Origin: Patescibacteria group bacterium
Lineage (GTDB): Bacteria; Patescibacteriota; Patescibacteriia; UBA2591; CALHIP01
Direction of reading: 5' to 3'
Length of the DNA: 64,000 nt
Assembly (NCBI GenBank): GCA_026417895.1
Contig: JAOACJ010000009.1
Location: 2,128 to 66,127 of the forward strand
The translations under genes were made by a program, and so were the position numbers. Shown one piece after another: positions 28,650 through 38,732 of this stretch (position 1 is its first letter; each line of letters begins with the position of its first letter). The notes below the pieces were generated by a model. The model saw only the letters and a program-made list of their open reading frames with translations, ran no database searches and was not told the DNA's origin.

Positions 28650-29915
28650 TTAAACATTTTTGAGTATTTCTAAAAATGACTTTTCTTCCTGAAGTGGACC
28701 AACCAAAGCTAAACTGATAAAATTTTGATTAAAAATTCTTTGCCCAAGTTTTTTAATCTGCTCTTTTGTTACCTTTTTAATTTTTCTAAATTTTTCTTCG
28801 GGTGTCTCAATTTTTCTTAAATAAAGTGCCTGATGACCATACCAACCAGCCATAGTCTGCGAATCTTCTAAATTAAGTTTTATTTTTCTGATAAGGTAAT
28901 CTTTGGTTTGTTCAACCTCTCTTTCGCTTGGTCCTTCTTTTTTTATTTTTCTAATTTCTTCAACTATTACTTCCAACGTCTCTGCCACTTTTTTTGGATC
29001 AATGCCAGCCTCAATAGTCAAAAGACCAGTTTCATAAAAAGAGATGCCGCTACAGCCAACTGAGTAAGCTAGACCTCTTTTTACCCTTACTTCTTGAAAA
29101 AGACGCGAACTCATATTGCCACCAAAAAGAGTAGAAAAAATTTCCAACACTTCAATTGCTGGTGAAAAATAAGAAAGGCCTGGAAAACCAATCATCATTT
29201 GAACTTGTTCAGTTGGTCGATGAGCAATTTTTATTTTTGGTAAATGAGGTTGAAGGGTAAATTTTTCAAATTTTCTCTTCTCTCCCCTCCCTTTCCGACC
29301 GAAATATTTTTCAACTAAACAAAAATCTTTTTTACCAACCGCTCCAGCTAAAACCAAAAGAAGGTTATTTGGTTGGTAGATTTTTTCTTTAAAATTGAGA
29401 AGTTTTTCCTGATTGACGCTCATTATTGTTTCTGGGCAGCCAGCGATATTTCGGCCCAAGGGATGATCGCCAAAAAATGTTTCATAAAAAAGATCCGAGA
29501 TATAAAAACTCGGATTATCTTGATAAAAACGAATTTCTTCTAAAATAACGGTTTTTTCTTTTTCTAATTCTTTTGGTTCAAAAAGTGAATTAAAAAAGAT
29601 ATCCGCTAGGATGTCTAAAGATTGATTCAGGTTCTCTTTTAAAATTTTTATCCAGTAACCCGTTGACTCGCGAGAAGTAAAAGCATTATAGTCAGCTCCT
29701 AAGGAGTCAAGTTCTTGAGAAATAGCTAAAGTACTCGGTCGATTTTTTGTCCCTTTAAAAAGCATGTGTTCAATAAAATGAGCCTGACCATTTTCTTCTT
29801 TTTTTTCGTAACGCGAGCCGAAGGGCAACAGTGCTAAGGCAGTGACCGCCTTAGTATTCTTCATGGGGGCTAAAATTACTTTGGCACCATTGGAAAGTCT
29901 TGACTGAATAAACAT
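28650..29915 (-). CDS. M16-family (pitrilysin/insulinase-like) zinc peptidase
   Basis: Inverted zinc motif HFIEHMLFKGT (HxxEH). 421 aa. Confidence 0.8.
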   Translation of the reverse strand: MFIQSRLSNGAKVILAPMKNTKAVTALALLPFGSRYEKKEENGQAHFIEHMLFKGTKNRPSTLAISQELDSLGADYNAFTSRESTGYWIKILKENLNQSLDILADIFFNSLFEPKELEKEKTVILEEIRFYQDNPSFYISDLFYETFFGDHPLGRNIAGCPETIMSVNQEKLLNFKEKIYQPNNLLLVLAGAVGKKDFCLVEKYFGRKGRGEKRKFEKFTLQPHLPKIKIAHRPTEQVQMMIGFPGLSYFSPAIEVLEIFSTLFGGNMSSRLFQEVRVKRGLAYSVGCSGISFYETGLLTIEAGIDPKKVAETLEVIVEEIRKIKKEGPSEREVEQTKDYLIRKIKLNLEDSQTMAGWYGHQALYLRKIETPEEKFRKIKKVTKEQIKKLGQRIFNQNFISLALVGPLQEEKSFLEILKNV

Positions 29916-29923
29916 AAAAAATT

Positions 29924-30124
29924 TTATTCAACAACAAAAGCAATTTTAAGGTTAACACGATACTCAACAATCTTACCATTTTTAATCACTACCTTTTGGC
30001 GAACAACATCAGCTCCAGTTACATTTCTAACGGTCTTTGTTGTTCTTTGGACGGCTCGTCGAATAGCGTCTTCAAAAGATTTTTTGGAAGTACTAACAAG
30101 TTCAATAATTTTGACCACGGCCAT
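29924..30124 (-). CDS. dodecin-family small flavin-binding protein
   Basis: 66 aa, VKIIELVSTSKKSFEDAIRRAVQRTTKTVRNVTGADVV...YRVNLKIAFVVE follows the dodecin pattern. Confidence 0.55.
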   Translation of the reverse strand: MAVVKIIELVSTSKKSFEDAIRRAVQRTTKTVRNVTGADVVRQKVVIKNGKIVEYRVNLKIAFVVE

Positions 30125-30143
30125 AAAATTTTAATTAAATTAA

Positions 30144-31475
30144 TTAAAAAGAATAAAATTTATCAAAAAAATATTTTCTTAAATTTTTAATCTCTACCCT
30201 CTCTTGTTTCATCGTATCACGATCGCGAACGGTTACCTTTTGATCATTTATACTTTCAAAGTCAATAGTAACGGCATAAGGTGTGCCAATTTCATCTTGG
30301 CGACGATAACGGCGACCAATCGAATCTGTTTCATCGTAATCAACGAGCCAATATTTTTTTAAATCTTGATAAATTTCTTGGGCTAATTTAATTAACGGCT
30401 CTTTTTTCACTAAAGGGAAAATAGCAATTTTTATGGGGGCTAAATTTTTATCTAATTTTAAAACCACTTCTACTTCTTTACTGGCCTTAGTTGTTGTTGT
30501 CCGTCCGCCTTTTACCTCTTGATAAGCATCAATCAAAAAAGTCAAAAGTGCCCGGTCAATGCCACCGGAAGTTTCGATAATATAGGGAATATATCTCTCT
30601 TGAGTGATTGGATCAAAGTAAGAAAGATCTTGTCCAGAATATTTGCTATGACGAGATAAATCCCAATCACCACGGTTGTGAATACCTTCAATCTCTTGCC
30701 AACCGAAGGGAAAATGATAGACAATATCGCAACCGGCCTTGGCATAATGAGCTAATTCTTCTTTCTTGTGTTCCTGAAGTTTAATATTTTCTTTTTTAAT
30801 ACCTAGATTCAAATACCAATTTAATCTCTCTTTCTTCCAATATTCATACCATTTTTCTGCTTCTGATGGTCTGACAAAAAATTGCATCTCCATTTGTTCA
30901 AATTCGCGGGTACGGAAAATAAAATTGCTTGGCGTAATTTCGTTGCGAAATGATTTGCCGATCTGAGCGATACCAAAAGGAATTTTCAGTCGACTAACAT
31001 TTAAGACATTTAAAAAATTCATATAAATTCCTTGACAAGTTTCGGCTCGTAAATAAGTCACAGCACTTTCATCTTCAATTGGTCCAACATAAGTTTTCAT
31101 CATTAAATTAAATTTACGAGCTGGCAAAAATTCACCGCCACAAACCGGACACCTATTCCCTGTCTCAGTCTCTTTAAATCTTTTATGGCAATTTTTACAT
31201 TCAACTAAACAATCAGCAAAACCAGCCGAGAGGTGGCCACTCGCCTCCCAAACTTTTGGGTTCATCAGAATAGCAGCATCAAGACCAACGATTTCTTTTC
31301 TTTCTTGAACGATATTTTTCCACCAAACTTTTTTAAGGTTATTTTTTAATTCCACGCCTAATGGTCCGTAATCATACCCACTCTCAAAACCACCATAGAT
31401 TTCTGAAGAAGGAAAGATAAAACCACGCCGTTTAGAAAGCGAAATTATTTTTTCCATTAAAGATTCATTAGTCAT
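30144..31475 (-). CDS. glyQS: glycyl-tRNA synthetase, dimeric alpha2 type
   Basis: N-terminal GFIFPSSEIYGGFESGYDYGPLG is characteristic of class II GlyRS (GlyQS). Confidence 0.9.
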   Translation of the reverse strand: MTNESLMEKIISLSKRRGFIFPSSEIYGGFESGYDYGPLGVELKNNLKKVWWKNIVQERKEIVGLDAAILMNPKVWEASGHLSAGFADCLVECKNCHKRFKETETGNRCPVCGGEFLPARKFNLMMKTYVGPIEDESAVTYLRAETCQGIYMNFLNVLNVSRLKIPFGIAQIGKSFRNEITPSNFIFRTREFEQMEMQFFVRPSEAEKWYEYWKKERLNWYLNLGIKKENIKLQEHKKEELAHYAKAGCDIVYHFPFGWQEIEGIHNRGDWDLSRHSKYSGQDLSYFDPITQERYIPYIIETSGGIDRALLTFLIDAYQEVKGGRTTTTKASKEVEVVLKLDKNLAPIKIAIFPLVKKEPLIKLAQEIYQDLKKYWLVDYDETDSIGRRYRRQDEIGTPYAVTIDFESINDQKVTVRDRDTMKQERVEIKNLRKYFFDKFYSF

Positions 31476-31529
31476 ATTTAATTATTTTAACAAAGTTAAT
31501 AAAAAAAGGAAGGATATTTTTTATCTATC

Positions 31530-32612
31530 CTAAAATTTTCCAAGCTTAATTAATGAGGCAAAGATTTTTTCTCTTGAATTTTTGAGTATTATTTCTTTCA
31601 TTCTTTCTCCTAAATTTTTTCTCTCCTCCTGATGGTCAATCATTTTTTTAATTTCGTGAAAAAGTTTTTCGTCGGTTAATTCTTTTTGATTCAAAACTAT
31701 CACTGCTTTTTTTTCAGCAAAATATTTGGCATTTGCTTCTTGGTGAGAGTTGGGAATGGGAATAACTATTGTTGGTTTGCCTAAAACTGCTAATTCAGAA
31801 AGAACATTGATCCCTGCCCGAGAAACAACTAAATCCGCTACAGCATAAGCATCAGCTATTTCATCAGTCAAAAATTCATAAGTATGATATCTAAAATTTT
31901 TAATTTTTGATGGCCAATTACCAATTTTTGCCTTTCCTGGACCGGTCAGATGAATAATTTGACAAATTTTTGTTAACCTTTCAAGGTTTCGCCAAATCAA
32001 TTCATTCAAGATCGCGGCACCGGTCCCGCCACCCAAAACCAATAAAGTTGGTAAATTTTTTTCTAAGTTAAATTTTTGTATGGCTTTTTCTTTGTCACCT
32101 TTAAAAATCATTTCTCTGATTGGCTGACCGGTTAAAATAGTTTTACCTTTCGGAAAATCATTTAAAGACTTATCAAAAGAAACGGTAATTTTTTTGGCGA
32201 AAGGAATTAAAATTTTATTAGTCAAGCTGGGAATAATATCTTGCTGATGAATCAAGGAAGGAATTTTTAAGAACCAGCCAGCAATAACCACTGGGACGGC
32301 GACGAAACCACCGGCTGAAATAATCATTTTTGGCCGAAAAGAAAGCAGTAAAAATAGCGCCTGCCAGAAACCTAAAAAAATGAGAAGGGGATCAAGAAAA
32401 TTTCTTAAGGAAAAATATCGTCGAAGTTTACCAGCAAAAATTCCTTTAAAAGAGAAATGATAATCTTGAACCATCTCTTTTTCCGGCTTTCCTTTTCGCG
32501 TGCCAATAAATAAAAATTCTGTTTCTGGTTTTCTTTTTCTAATTTCTTCGGCGATGGCTAAAAGTGGCGCCACGGAACCACCACTACCACCGCCGGTTAA
32601 AACCACCTTCAT
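31530..32612 (-). CDS. murG: undecaprenyldiphospho-muramoylpentapeptide beta-N-acetylglucosaminyltransferase
   Basis: MKVVLTGGGSGGSVAPLLAIAEE and its position in the dcw cluster. Confidence 0.9.
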   Translation of the reverse strand: MKVVLTGGGSGGSVAPLLAIAEEIRKRKPETEFLFIGTRKGKPEKEMVQDYHFSFKGIFAGKLRRYFSLRNFLDPLLIFLGFWQALFLLLSFRPKMIISAGGFVAVPVVIAGWFLKIPSLIHQQDIIPSLTNKILIPFAKKITVSFDKSLNDFPKGKTILTGQPIREMIFKGDKEKAIQKFNLEKNLPTLLVLGGGTGAAILNELIWRNLERLTKICQIIHLTGPGKAKIGNWPSKIKNFRYHTYEFLTDEIADAYAVADLVVSRAGINVLSELAVLGKPTIVIPIPNSHQEANAKYFAEKKAVIVLNQKELTDEKLFHEIKKMIDHQEERKNLGERMKEIILKNSREKIFASLIKLGKF

Positions 32613-32637
32613 ATAATTATTTTAACGATTGAGTAAT

Positions 32638-33741
32638 TTATAATTCTTGAGTTTTTTTAGAAATATTCACCAAGATACCAAAAGCGGCTAAATTGGCTAT
32701 TAAAGCGCTGCCACCATAACTAATTAAAGGTAAGGGAACACCAGTTAAAGGTAAAAGTTTGAGCATTGCCCCAATATTGATAAAAGTTTGAAAGCCAAAC
32801 CAAGAAACAATGCCAACCCCGACTAATCGAGAAAAGAGATCGGGGGCATTTTTAGCAATTTTTAAACCACGCCAGATTAAAAGAAAAAACAAGACAACCA
32901 CTAAACTAGTCAAAACAAACCCCAACTCTTCAGCCATCACGGCAAAAATAGAATCACCAAAAACTTCTGGCAGGTAGAAAAATTTCTGACCAGAACGGCC
33001 AAGTCCCCGGCCAAACAAACCACCAGAACCAATGGCAATTAGAGCTTGTTGAAGATGATAAGAGATTCCTTGTGGCTCAAGACCAGGAGAAATAAAGGTT
33101 AAAAGTCGGTTTTTGAGATAGGGAAAGAATTTAAGAAAAAGAGGTGAAAAGATAGCTAACAAGCAAAAAACGAGAAATAAATAAATCAAATTAGCACCAG
33201 CAACAAAATAGATTGAGAGAGAAATTAAGAGGACAATCATTAAACCACTAAAATTGGGTTGTTTAATAATTAAAAAAGAAATAAGGCCCAAGATAAAAAT
33301 AAATGGTAAGAAGGTAGAAGAAAAATTTTTAATTGTCGCCTCTTTTTTCTCAAAAAAGTAAGCCAAAAATAAAATGAGGCTTAATTTTAAAACTTCGATT
33401 GGCTGAAAAGAAAAGACTCTCAAATTAAGCCAACGATGAGCTTGGCCCTTAATACCTAAGCCAGGAATAAAAACAGCCAGAAGAAGCACAATGGAAAAAA
33501 TAAGTGAAAGGAGGCTCAATTTTCGCCAGAATTGATAACGAATTAAAGCAAAAATAAAGAAAAATAATAGGCCTGGCAAAAGGCCGTAAAAAATCTGGTG
33601 TTTTAAATAATAATCTGGATCTTGGAAGTTTTTATAACCCATGACCCAACTGGCTGAGGCTAAAAAAATTAGACCAATGATTAAAAGAATAAAAATTAAA
33701 ACGATTAAAAAATAATCTGGCGCATGAGGTGTTTTTTTCAT
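32638..33741 (-). CDS. ftsW: peptidoglycan glycosyltransferase FtsW (SEDS family)
   Basis: Ten-TM SEDS protein between murD and murG. Confidence 0.8.
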   Translation of the reverse strand: MKKTPHAPDYFLIVLIFILLIIGLIFLASASWVMGYKNFQDPDYYLKHQIFYGLLPGLLFFFIFALIRYQFWRKLSLLSLIFSIVLLLAVFIPGLGIKGQAHRWLNLRVFSFQPIEVLKLSLILFLAYFFEKKEATIKNFSSTFLPFIFILGLISFLIIKQPNFSGLMIVLLISLSIYFVAGANLIYLFLVFCLLAIFSPLFLKFFPYLKNRLLTFISPGLEPQGISYHLQQALIAIGSGGLFGRGLGRSGQKFFYLPEVFGDSIFAVMAEELGFVLTSLVVVLFFLLIWRGLKIAKNAPDLFSRLVGVGIVSWFGFQTFINIGAMLKLLPLTGVPLPLISYGGSALIANLAAFGILVNISKKTQEL

Positions 33742-35108
33742 ATTTTTTCTACTGCCTGAATAAATTTTTTGGCTCGGTCATAAATATTTTGAAAAAGACC
33801 AAAGCTGGCACAACCGGGCGAAAGAAGAACAACATCGCCCTTCTCAGCAATTTTTTTTGCTTTACCCACTGCTTCTTTCATAGTCTTCGCTTCAATGAAT
33901 AATTTATAGCCAACCATCAATAACTCTTTTTTTATCTTAGGGGTAGCTGTACCGGGAAGAAGAATGACTTTCTTACACCTTTTTTTAATTTCTTGAGCAA
34001 ATTTTTTGAAATTTAATTTTTTATCAGCGCCGCCAGAAATAAGAATAATCCGACCAGTCGGAAAATTATTTAAAGCATTGATAGCGGCTTCAGGAATCGT
34101 GGCTGTCGTATCATTATAATATTTTACTCCTTCCACTTTTCGAATCAGTTCTAATCGATTGGCTAAACTTTTAAAATTTTTTACCGCCATTTTAATTGCT
34201 CTCAAAGAAAGGTTAGCGACAATGCCAACAGAAACAGCCGCTAAGATATTTTCTAAATTGCAATTATTCTTTATCTCTTTTAGAGCAATAATTTTTTTCT
34301 CTCTGCCTTGAAAGCGAGTAAATATTTTTTGATTTTTGATAAAAACACTATTATTGTTCTTTAAAAATTTTTTAGAAAAATAAAAAACCTGGCTTTTTGC
34401 CTCAGTAGCAAATCTTCTCACCAAAGGGTTGTCATAATTTAAAATAACAAAGTCATTTTTCTTTTGCCATTTTAAAATTAATTTTTTTGCTCTCAGATAT
34501 TCTTGAAAATTTTTATAACGATCAAGATGATCTTGAAAAATAGTTGTCACAACCGCCACGGCTGGACTTCGTTTTAAATGAGCCAAATCTTCAAGCTGCC
34601 ATGAAGAAAGTTCTAAAACGGCTAAAGGATAATTTTGATCTAAATAAGAAAGTGGTGATTGGCCAATATTTCCGCCTAAAAAGACTTTTTGACCAGCCTT
34701 TTTAAAAAGTTGGTAAATTAAAAAAGTTGTCGTTGATTTTCCTTTTGTACCGGTGACGCCAATAATTTTACCCTTAAATAATCTAAAAAAAATAGAAATG
34801 TCTGTTTCAATTGGAATTTTATTTTTTCTGGCAATTTTTAAAAATTTTGATTCTTTGGGCACGCCGGGGTTCTTGATAATCAAATCAGCCTTCTTAAAAT
34901 CTTCTTCTCGATGTCTACCTAAAATATATTTAACCGATAAACCTTTTAAGTCATTTAACGATTTTTTTAATTGATTTTTTGTTTTTAAATCGGTCACTAA
35001 AACTCGAGCACCTTTCTTGACCAACCATTTGGCCGTTTCTACCCCCCCGCCTAATAAACCAAGACCCATAACCACCACCTTTTTATTTTTGAGATTTTGA
35101 AAATCCAT
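33738..35108 (-). CDS. murD: UDP-N-acetylmuramoylalanine--D-glutamate ligase
   Basis: VVVMGLGLLGGGVETAKWLVKKGARVLVTD plus a Mur ligase P-loop (GVTGTKGKST). Confidence 0.9.
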   Translation of the reverse strand: MDFQNLKNKKVVVMGLGLLGGGVETAKWLVKKGARVLVTDLKTKNQLKKSLNDLKGLSVKYILGRHREEDFKKADLIIKNPGVPKESKFLKIARKNKIPIETDISIFFRLFKGKIIGVTGTKGKSTTTFLIYQLFKKAGQKVFLGGNIGQSPLSYLDQNYPLAVLELSSWQLEDLAHLKRSPAVAVVTTIFQDHLDRYKNFQEYLRAKKLILKWQKKNDFVILNYDNPLVRRFATEAKSQVFYFSKKFLKNNNSVFIKNQKIFTRFQGREKKIIALKEIKNNCNLENILAAVSVGIVANLSLRAIKMAVKNFKSLANRLELIRKVEGVKYYNDTTATIPEAAINALNNFPTGRIILISGGADKKLNFKKFAQEIKKRCKKVILLPGTATPKIKKELLMVGYKLFIEAKTMKEAVGKAKKIAEKGDVVLLSPGCASFGLFQNIYDRAKKFIQAVEKI

Positions 35109-35121
35109 AGATTATATTCTA

Positions 35122-35150
35122 CCAAAAAATCGCCTTTTTGGCGACTTTTA
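35122..35150 (-). terminator. short GC hairpin (tcgcc-5 nt-ggcga) with flanking T/A runs; weak candidate terminator or attenuator between mraY and murD
   Basis: aaaaaatcgcctttttggcgactttta at 35122-35150. Read on the minus strand it is followed by UUUUUU. Confidence 0.3.
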
Positions 35151-35189
35151 ATAATACGAGACAAGATTGAGTGTAACTGCATCTAAAAA

Positions 35190-36239
35190 TCAAACCAACA
35201 ATCTCTCAATCAAAAATATCATTAGACCGAAAGCAGCGCAAATACCACCAATAAGCCAAAAGCGCATAACAATTTTTGGCTCAGGTAGTCCTCTTGCCTC
35301 TAAATGATGATGAAGAGGGGTAGAAAGAAAAACTTTACGGTGAAAAATTTTTTTAGAAATAACTTGAATAATGACGGAAAGTGATTCTAAAACAAAAGGG
35401 AAACAAATAATCGGCAGTAAAATCACGGTGTTAGTTAGCATGGCAATAACACCCAGGGTAACACCTAAACCCATTGCCCCCGTATCGCCCATAAAAAACC
35501 TGGCTGGATAAATGTTATGCCAAAGAAAAGCAATCAGGCCGCCAATAATTACCCCACAGAAAGTAGCCAAATTAGTCTTTTCTTGTAAAAAGGCAATGAG
35601 ACCATAACTTAAAAAAGCAATTAACAATAAACCACCAGCCAAGCCATCTAATCCGTCCGTTTCATTGACGGAAAATGAAGTGGCGACAATGACAAAAATA
35701 AAAAGTGGAATGTACCACCAACCGATTTCAAAATTGCCAAGAAATGGAAGGTGAATAGTTGTCCATTCTAGTTTATCAAAAAACCACCAGGCACCAATAG
35801 CGGCGATTAAGGTATAAAGAATTAAACGATGCCTCATTCTTAAACCACCCTTACCCAACTCACCCTTTCTGACATCGATTAAATCATCAATTAAGCCAAC
35901 TATAGCTGAGGCAACTAAAACACCTAAAGGTAGAAATGTTTCTTTTCGCACTAAAAAATTTAAAATTTTAAAAATTTCATGACCAGTCGTCTGCCAAAGA
36001 AAAAAAATTATCAGAATTAAAAAAAGAGTCGTTAACCAAATAATCAATCCGCCCATCGTCGGGGTACCAGCTTTTTTCTGATGAAGTTGAGTATAGATTG
36101 GCGTCTGGCCATTATTACGAATCTTTTTGCCAAGTTTGTATTTATAAAGAAAGTTAATTAAAAACGGCAGCCAGGCAATGGCTAAAAGAAAAGCAACAAT
36201 CGTTAAAAAAATAATTTTAATAATAGCCAGCAATTCCAT
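35190..36239 (-). CDS. mraY: phospho-N-acetylmuramoyl-pentapeptide transferase
   Basis: Multi-TM protein with MraY motifs (NPARFFMGDTG). Confidence 0.9.
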   Translation of the reverse strand: MELLAIIKIIFLTIVAFLLAIAWLPFLINFLYKYKLGKKIRNNGQTPIYTQLHQKKAGTPTMGGLIIWLTTLFLILIIFFLWQTTGHEIFKILNFLVRKETFLPLGVLVASAIVGLIDDLIDVRKGELGKGGLRMRHRLILYTLIAAIGAWWFFDKLEWTTIHLPFLGNFEIGWWYIPLFIFVIVATSFSVNETDGLDGLAGGLLLIAFLSYGLIAFLQEKTNLATFCGVIIGGLIAFLWHNIYPARFFMGDTGAMGLGVTLGVIAMLTNTVILLPIICFPFVLESLSVIIQVISKKIFHRKVFLSTPLHHHLEARGLPEPKIVMRFWLIGGICAAFGLMIFLIERLLV

Positions 36240-36287
36240 AGCTCAATAGGGCTAAATCTCTAATATTTGTCATTTGGATTTTGAAAT

Positions 36288-37295
36288 TTAGATTTTCTTT
36301 AACTTCTTTAAAATGTACTCTACCATTTCCACATACCGACAAGCATAACCCCATTCATTATCATACCAGGCAACAACTTTAATGAGGTTTCTGTTAACCA
36401 TCGTTAAGGAAAGATCAATAATGGCGGAATAAGGACTCCCCTTTAAGTCAACGGAAACCAAAGGTTCTTCAATGACTGATAAAATTCCTTTTAATCGACC
36501 AGTTGTTGCTTTCTTAAACAGATTGTTTAATTCATTTTGATTAGTCTCTTTCTTCACTACACAAATTAAGTCAAGAAGACTAACGGTTGGCACTGGTACT
36601 CTTAAAGCAAGACCGTCTAATTTTCCTTTCAGTTCTGGTATGACTTCATTGATGGACTTGGCAGCACCAGTTGAGGTGGGAATAATTGATAAATTTGCTG
36701 CCCTTGCCCTTCTTAAATCTTGATGAGAAAGGTCAAGCAGTCGCTGATCATTGGTGTAGGCATGAGTAGTGGTAAAAAATCCTTTCTGAATAATAAAATT
36801 CTGATGGATAATTTTGACGATTGGCGCTAAACAATTGGTCGTACAAGAAGAATTAGAAATAATTAAATCTTTTTTCGGATTAAACTTTTCTTCGTTAACG
36901 CCCAAAATATAAGTTGGAATGTCTGGAGTTTTCGGTGGGGCAGAAATAATCACTCTTTTTGCGCCGGCCTGAAGGTGTTTTTCGGCCCCTTCTCGATGGG
37001 TGAAAACTCCTGAAGATTCTAAAACAATATCAATGCCAAGCTCTCTCCAGGGTAAATTGGCTGGATCTTTTTCGGCAAAAACTTTTATCTTTTTTCCGTC
37101 AACGATAAGATTTTTTTCGTCAAAACTGACTTCTTTTTCGTAGCGACCATAGAGAGAATCGTACTTTAAAAGATGGGCTAAAACCTTTGTTTCGGTTAGA
37201 TCATTAATAGCAACAATCTTAAGACCCTTTTCTAAGGCAATTCTGAAGGCTAATCGACCAATCCGGCCAAAACCATTGATGGCAATTTTAGTCAT
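36288..37295 (-). CDS. gap: glyceraldehyde-3-phosphate dehydrogenase
   Basis: MTKIAINGFGRIGRLAFR and the active-site SNSSCTTNCLAP. Confidence 0.95.
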   Translation of the reverse strand: MTKIAINGFGRIGRLAFRIALEKGLKIVAINDLTETKVLAHLLKYDSLYGRYEKEVSFDEKNLIVDGKKIKVFAEKDPANLPWRELGIDIVLESSGVFTHREGAEKHLQAGAKRVIISAPPKTPDIPTYILGVNEEKFNPKKDLIISNSSCTTNCLAPIVKIIHQNFIIQKGFFTTTHAYTNDQRLLDLSHQDLRRARAANLSIIPTSTGAAKSINEVIPELKGKLDGLALRVPVPTVSLLDLICVVKKETNQNELNNLFKKATTGRLKGILSVIEEPLVSVDLKGSPYSAIIDLSLTMVNRNLIKVVAWYDNEWGYACRYVEMVEYILKKLKKI

Positions 37296-37306
37296 AATTT
37301 TAATTT

Positions 37307-38131
37307 TTAACTTTTAATTTTTAATTTTTCTAATGGTACTTCTATAATTTTATCTTGATCAATTTTTAGGTCAACGGTTTCTTTTAAAATATGCCAACCA
37401 ACCACCTCTCCTTCTTGATTGTCAATTTTAACTTTTGTTCCAATGAGAGGGAAGTTTTTCGCTAATTCTTTATAGACTTCTGTTTCAAATGAAAGACAAC
37501 ATTTAAGACGACCACAAAGACCAGAAAGTCTCTCTACTCCCCGATGGTCAAGATTCTGTTCTTTAATTAAACTAGTCATGACGCCACCTAAATTTTTTAA
37601 AAAGGCAACACAACAAAGTTTCTGACCACAGGGACCAAAGCCAGAAAAAAATTTCATTTCTTCCCTTGGTCCAACTTGATGCATTCTAATTGATTTATGA
37701 AACTCTTTTGATAAATCTTTGACTAAATTACGAAAATCAATTCTTTCTGCAGAAGAAAAGGCAAAAACGATTTGTCCAGCATCAAGCGAAAGATGAGCGT
37801 CAATCAATTTCATTGGTAGATGATGTTTTTTGACAATGGCACTTGCTTTGATTAAAATTTCTTTCACTCTTTTCTTTTTTTCTTCCATCTTTTTAAGATC
37901 GGCATGATTTGCTTTTCGAACCAGCAAATTTCCTTTTTCTTCTTTTACCTTTTCTTCATCTTTTGTCTTTTCTAAAATCTCGACTATTCTGCCTAAATCA
38001 GTATGTGAGTCAATTTTTACGACAAACCAGTTGCCAATTTTAAGGTCGGTAATTTTAATTTTTTTTGTCAAAGAAGAATCAGAAAATTCAAAAATTTTAT
38101 CCCAGGGAGCAAGTTTAATTTGCACGACCAT
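37307..38131 (-). CDS. PSP1 C-terminal domain protein (RicT/YaaT-like)
   Basis: Conserved Cys cluster GFGPCGQKLCC...LSGLCGRLKCCLSFE, typical of the PSP1 domain. Confidence 0.55.
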   Translation of the reverse strand: MVVQIKLAPWDKIFEFSDSSLTKKIKITDLKIGNWFVVKIDSHTDLGRIVEILEKTKDEEKVKEEKGNLLVRKANHADLKKMEEKKKRVKEILIKASAIVKKHHLPMKLIDAHLSLDAGQIVFAFSSAERIDFRNLVKDLSKEFHKSIRMHQVGPREEMKFFSGFGPCGQKLCCVAFLKNLGGVMTSLIKEQNLDHRGVERLSGLCGRLKCCLSFETEVYKELAKNFPLIGTKVKIDNQEGEVVGWHILKETVDLKIDQDKIIEVPLEKLKIKS

Positions 38132-38139
38132 AGATTAAT

Positions 38140-38730
38140 CTAAATTTCAAACCTGATAAATCTTTTAATTTGAATATTTTCTCTTAATTTGGCAATCTTA
38201 TTTTTAATCAAATCGACAATTTTTATTTTTTCATCTTTAATAAACGGTTGGTTTAAAAGGCAAACTGTTTCGTAAAATTTTTCTAATTTTCCTTCAATAA
38301 TTTTCTCTAAAATTTTAGTCGGTTTTTTTTCTCTCGCCAGCTCAGCTTGATAAATTTCTTTTTCTTTTTCTACAATCTCATGAGGAATATCTTCCGGTCT
38401 TAAGTAAAGAGGGTTCGTCGCCGCCACTTGCATGGCTAAATCATGAGCTAATTCTTTAAATTCTTTATTTCTAGCAACGAAATCTGTCTCACAAGTTAGC
38501 TCAACTAGGGCAGCGATTTTTTCATTAGAATGAAGGTAGACGCCGATGATGCCTGATTTGGTCAATCGATTGGTTTTAGAAGCAATAATTTTTTGCCCTC
38601 TTTTTCTCAAAACTTCTTCAGCCTTAACAAGATCGCCTTTTGTTTCTGCTAAGGCTCTCTGACAATCCTGAAAGCCGGCGCCGGTTTTTTCTTTTAATTG
38701 TTTAATTAAATTAAATTCCATAATTTTCAA
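38140..38730 (-). CDS. tsf: translation elongation factor Ts (short form)
   Basis: N-terminal UBA-like LIKQLKEKTGAGFQDCQRALAETKGDLVKAEEVLRKRG. Confidence 0.85.
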   Translation of the reverse strand: MKIMEFNLIKQLKEKTGAGFQDCQRALAETKGDLVKAEEVLRKRGQKIIASKTNRLTKSGIIGVYLHSNEKIAALVELTCETDFVARNKEFKELAHDLAMQVAATNPLYLRPEDIPHEIVEKEKEIYQAELAREKKPTKILEKIIEGKLEKFYETVCLLNQPFIKDEKIKIVDLIKNKIAKLRENIQIKRFIRFEI

Positions 38731-38732
38731 TT

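Noticed and set aside
28600-28650. Hairpin ctgac-cg-gtcag plus T6 as a terminator
   Set aside because: Stem of 4-5 bp with a 1-3 nt loop, and the T-run is on the strand with no gene to terminate.
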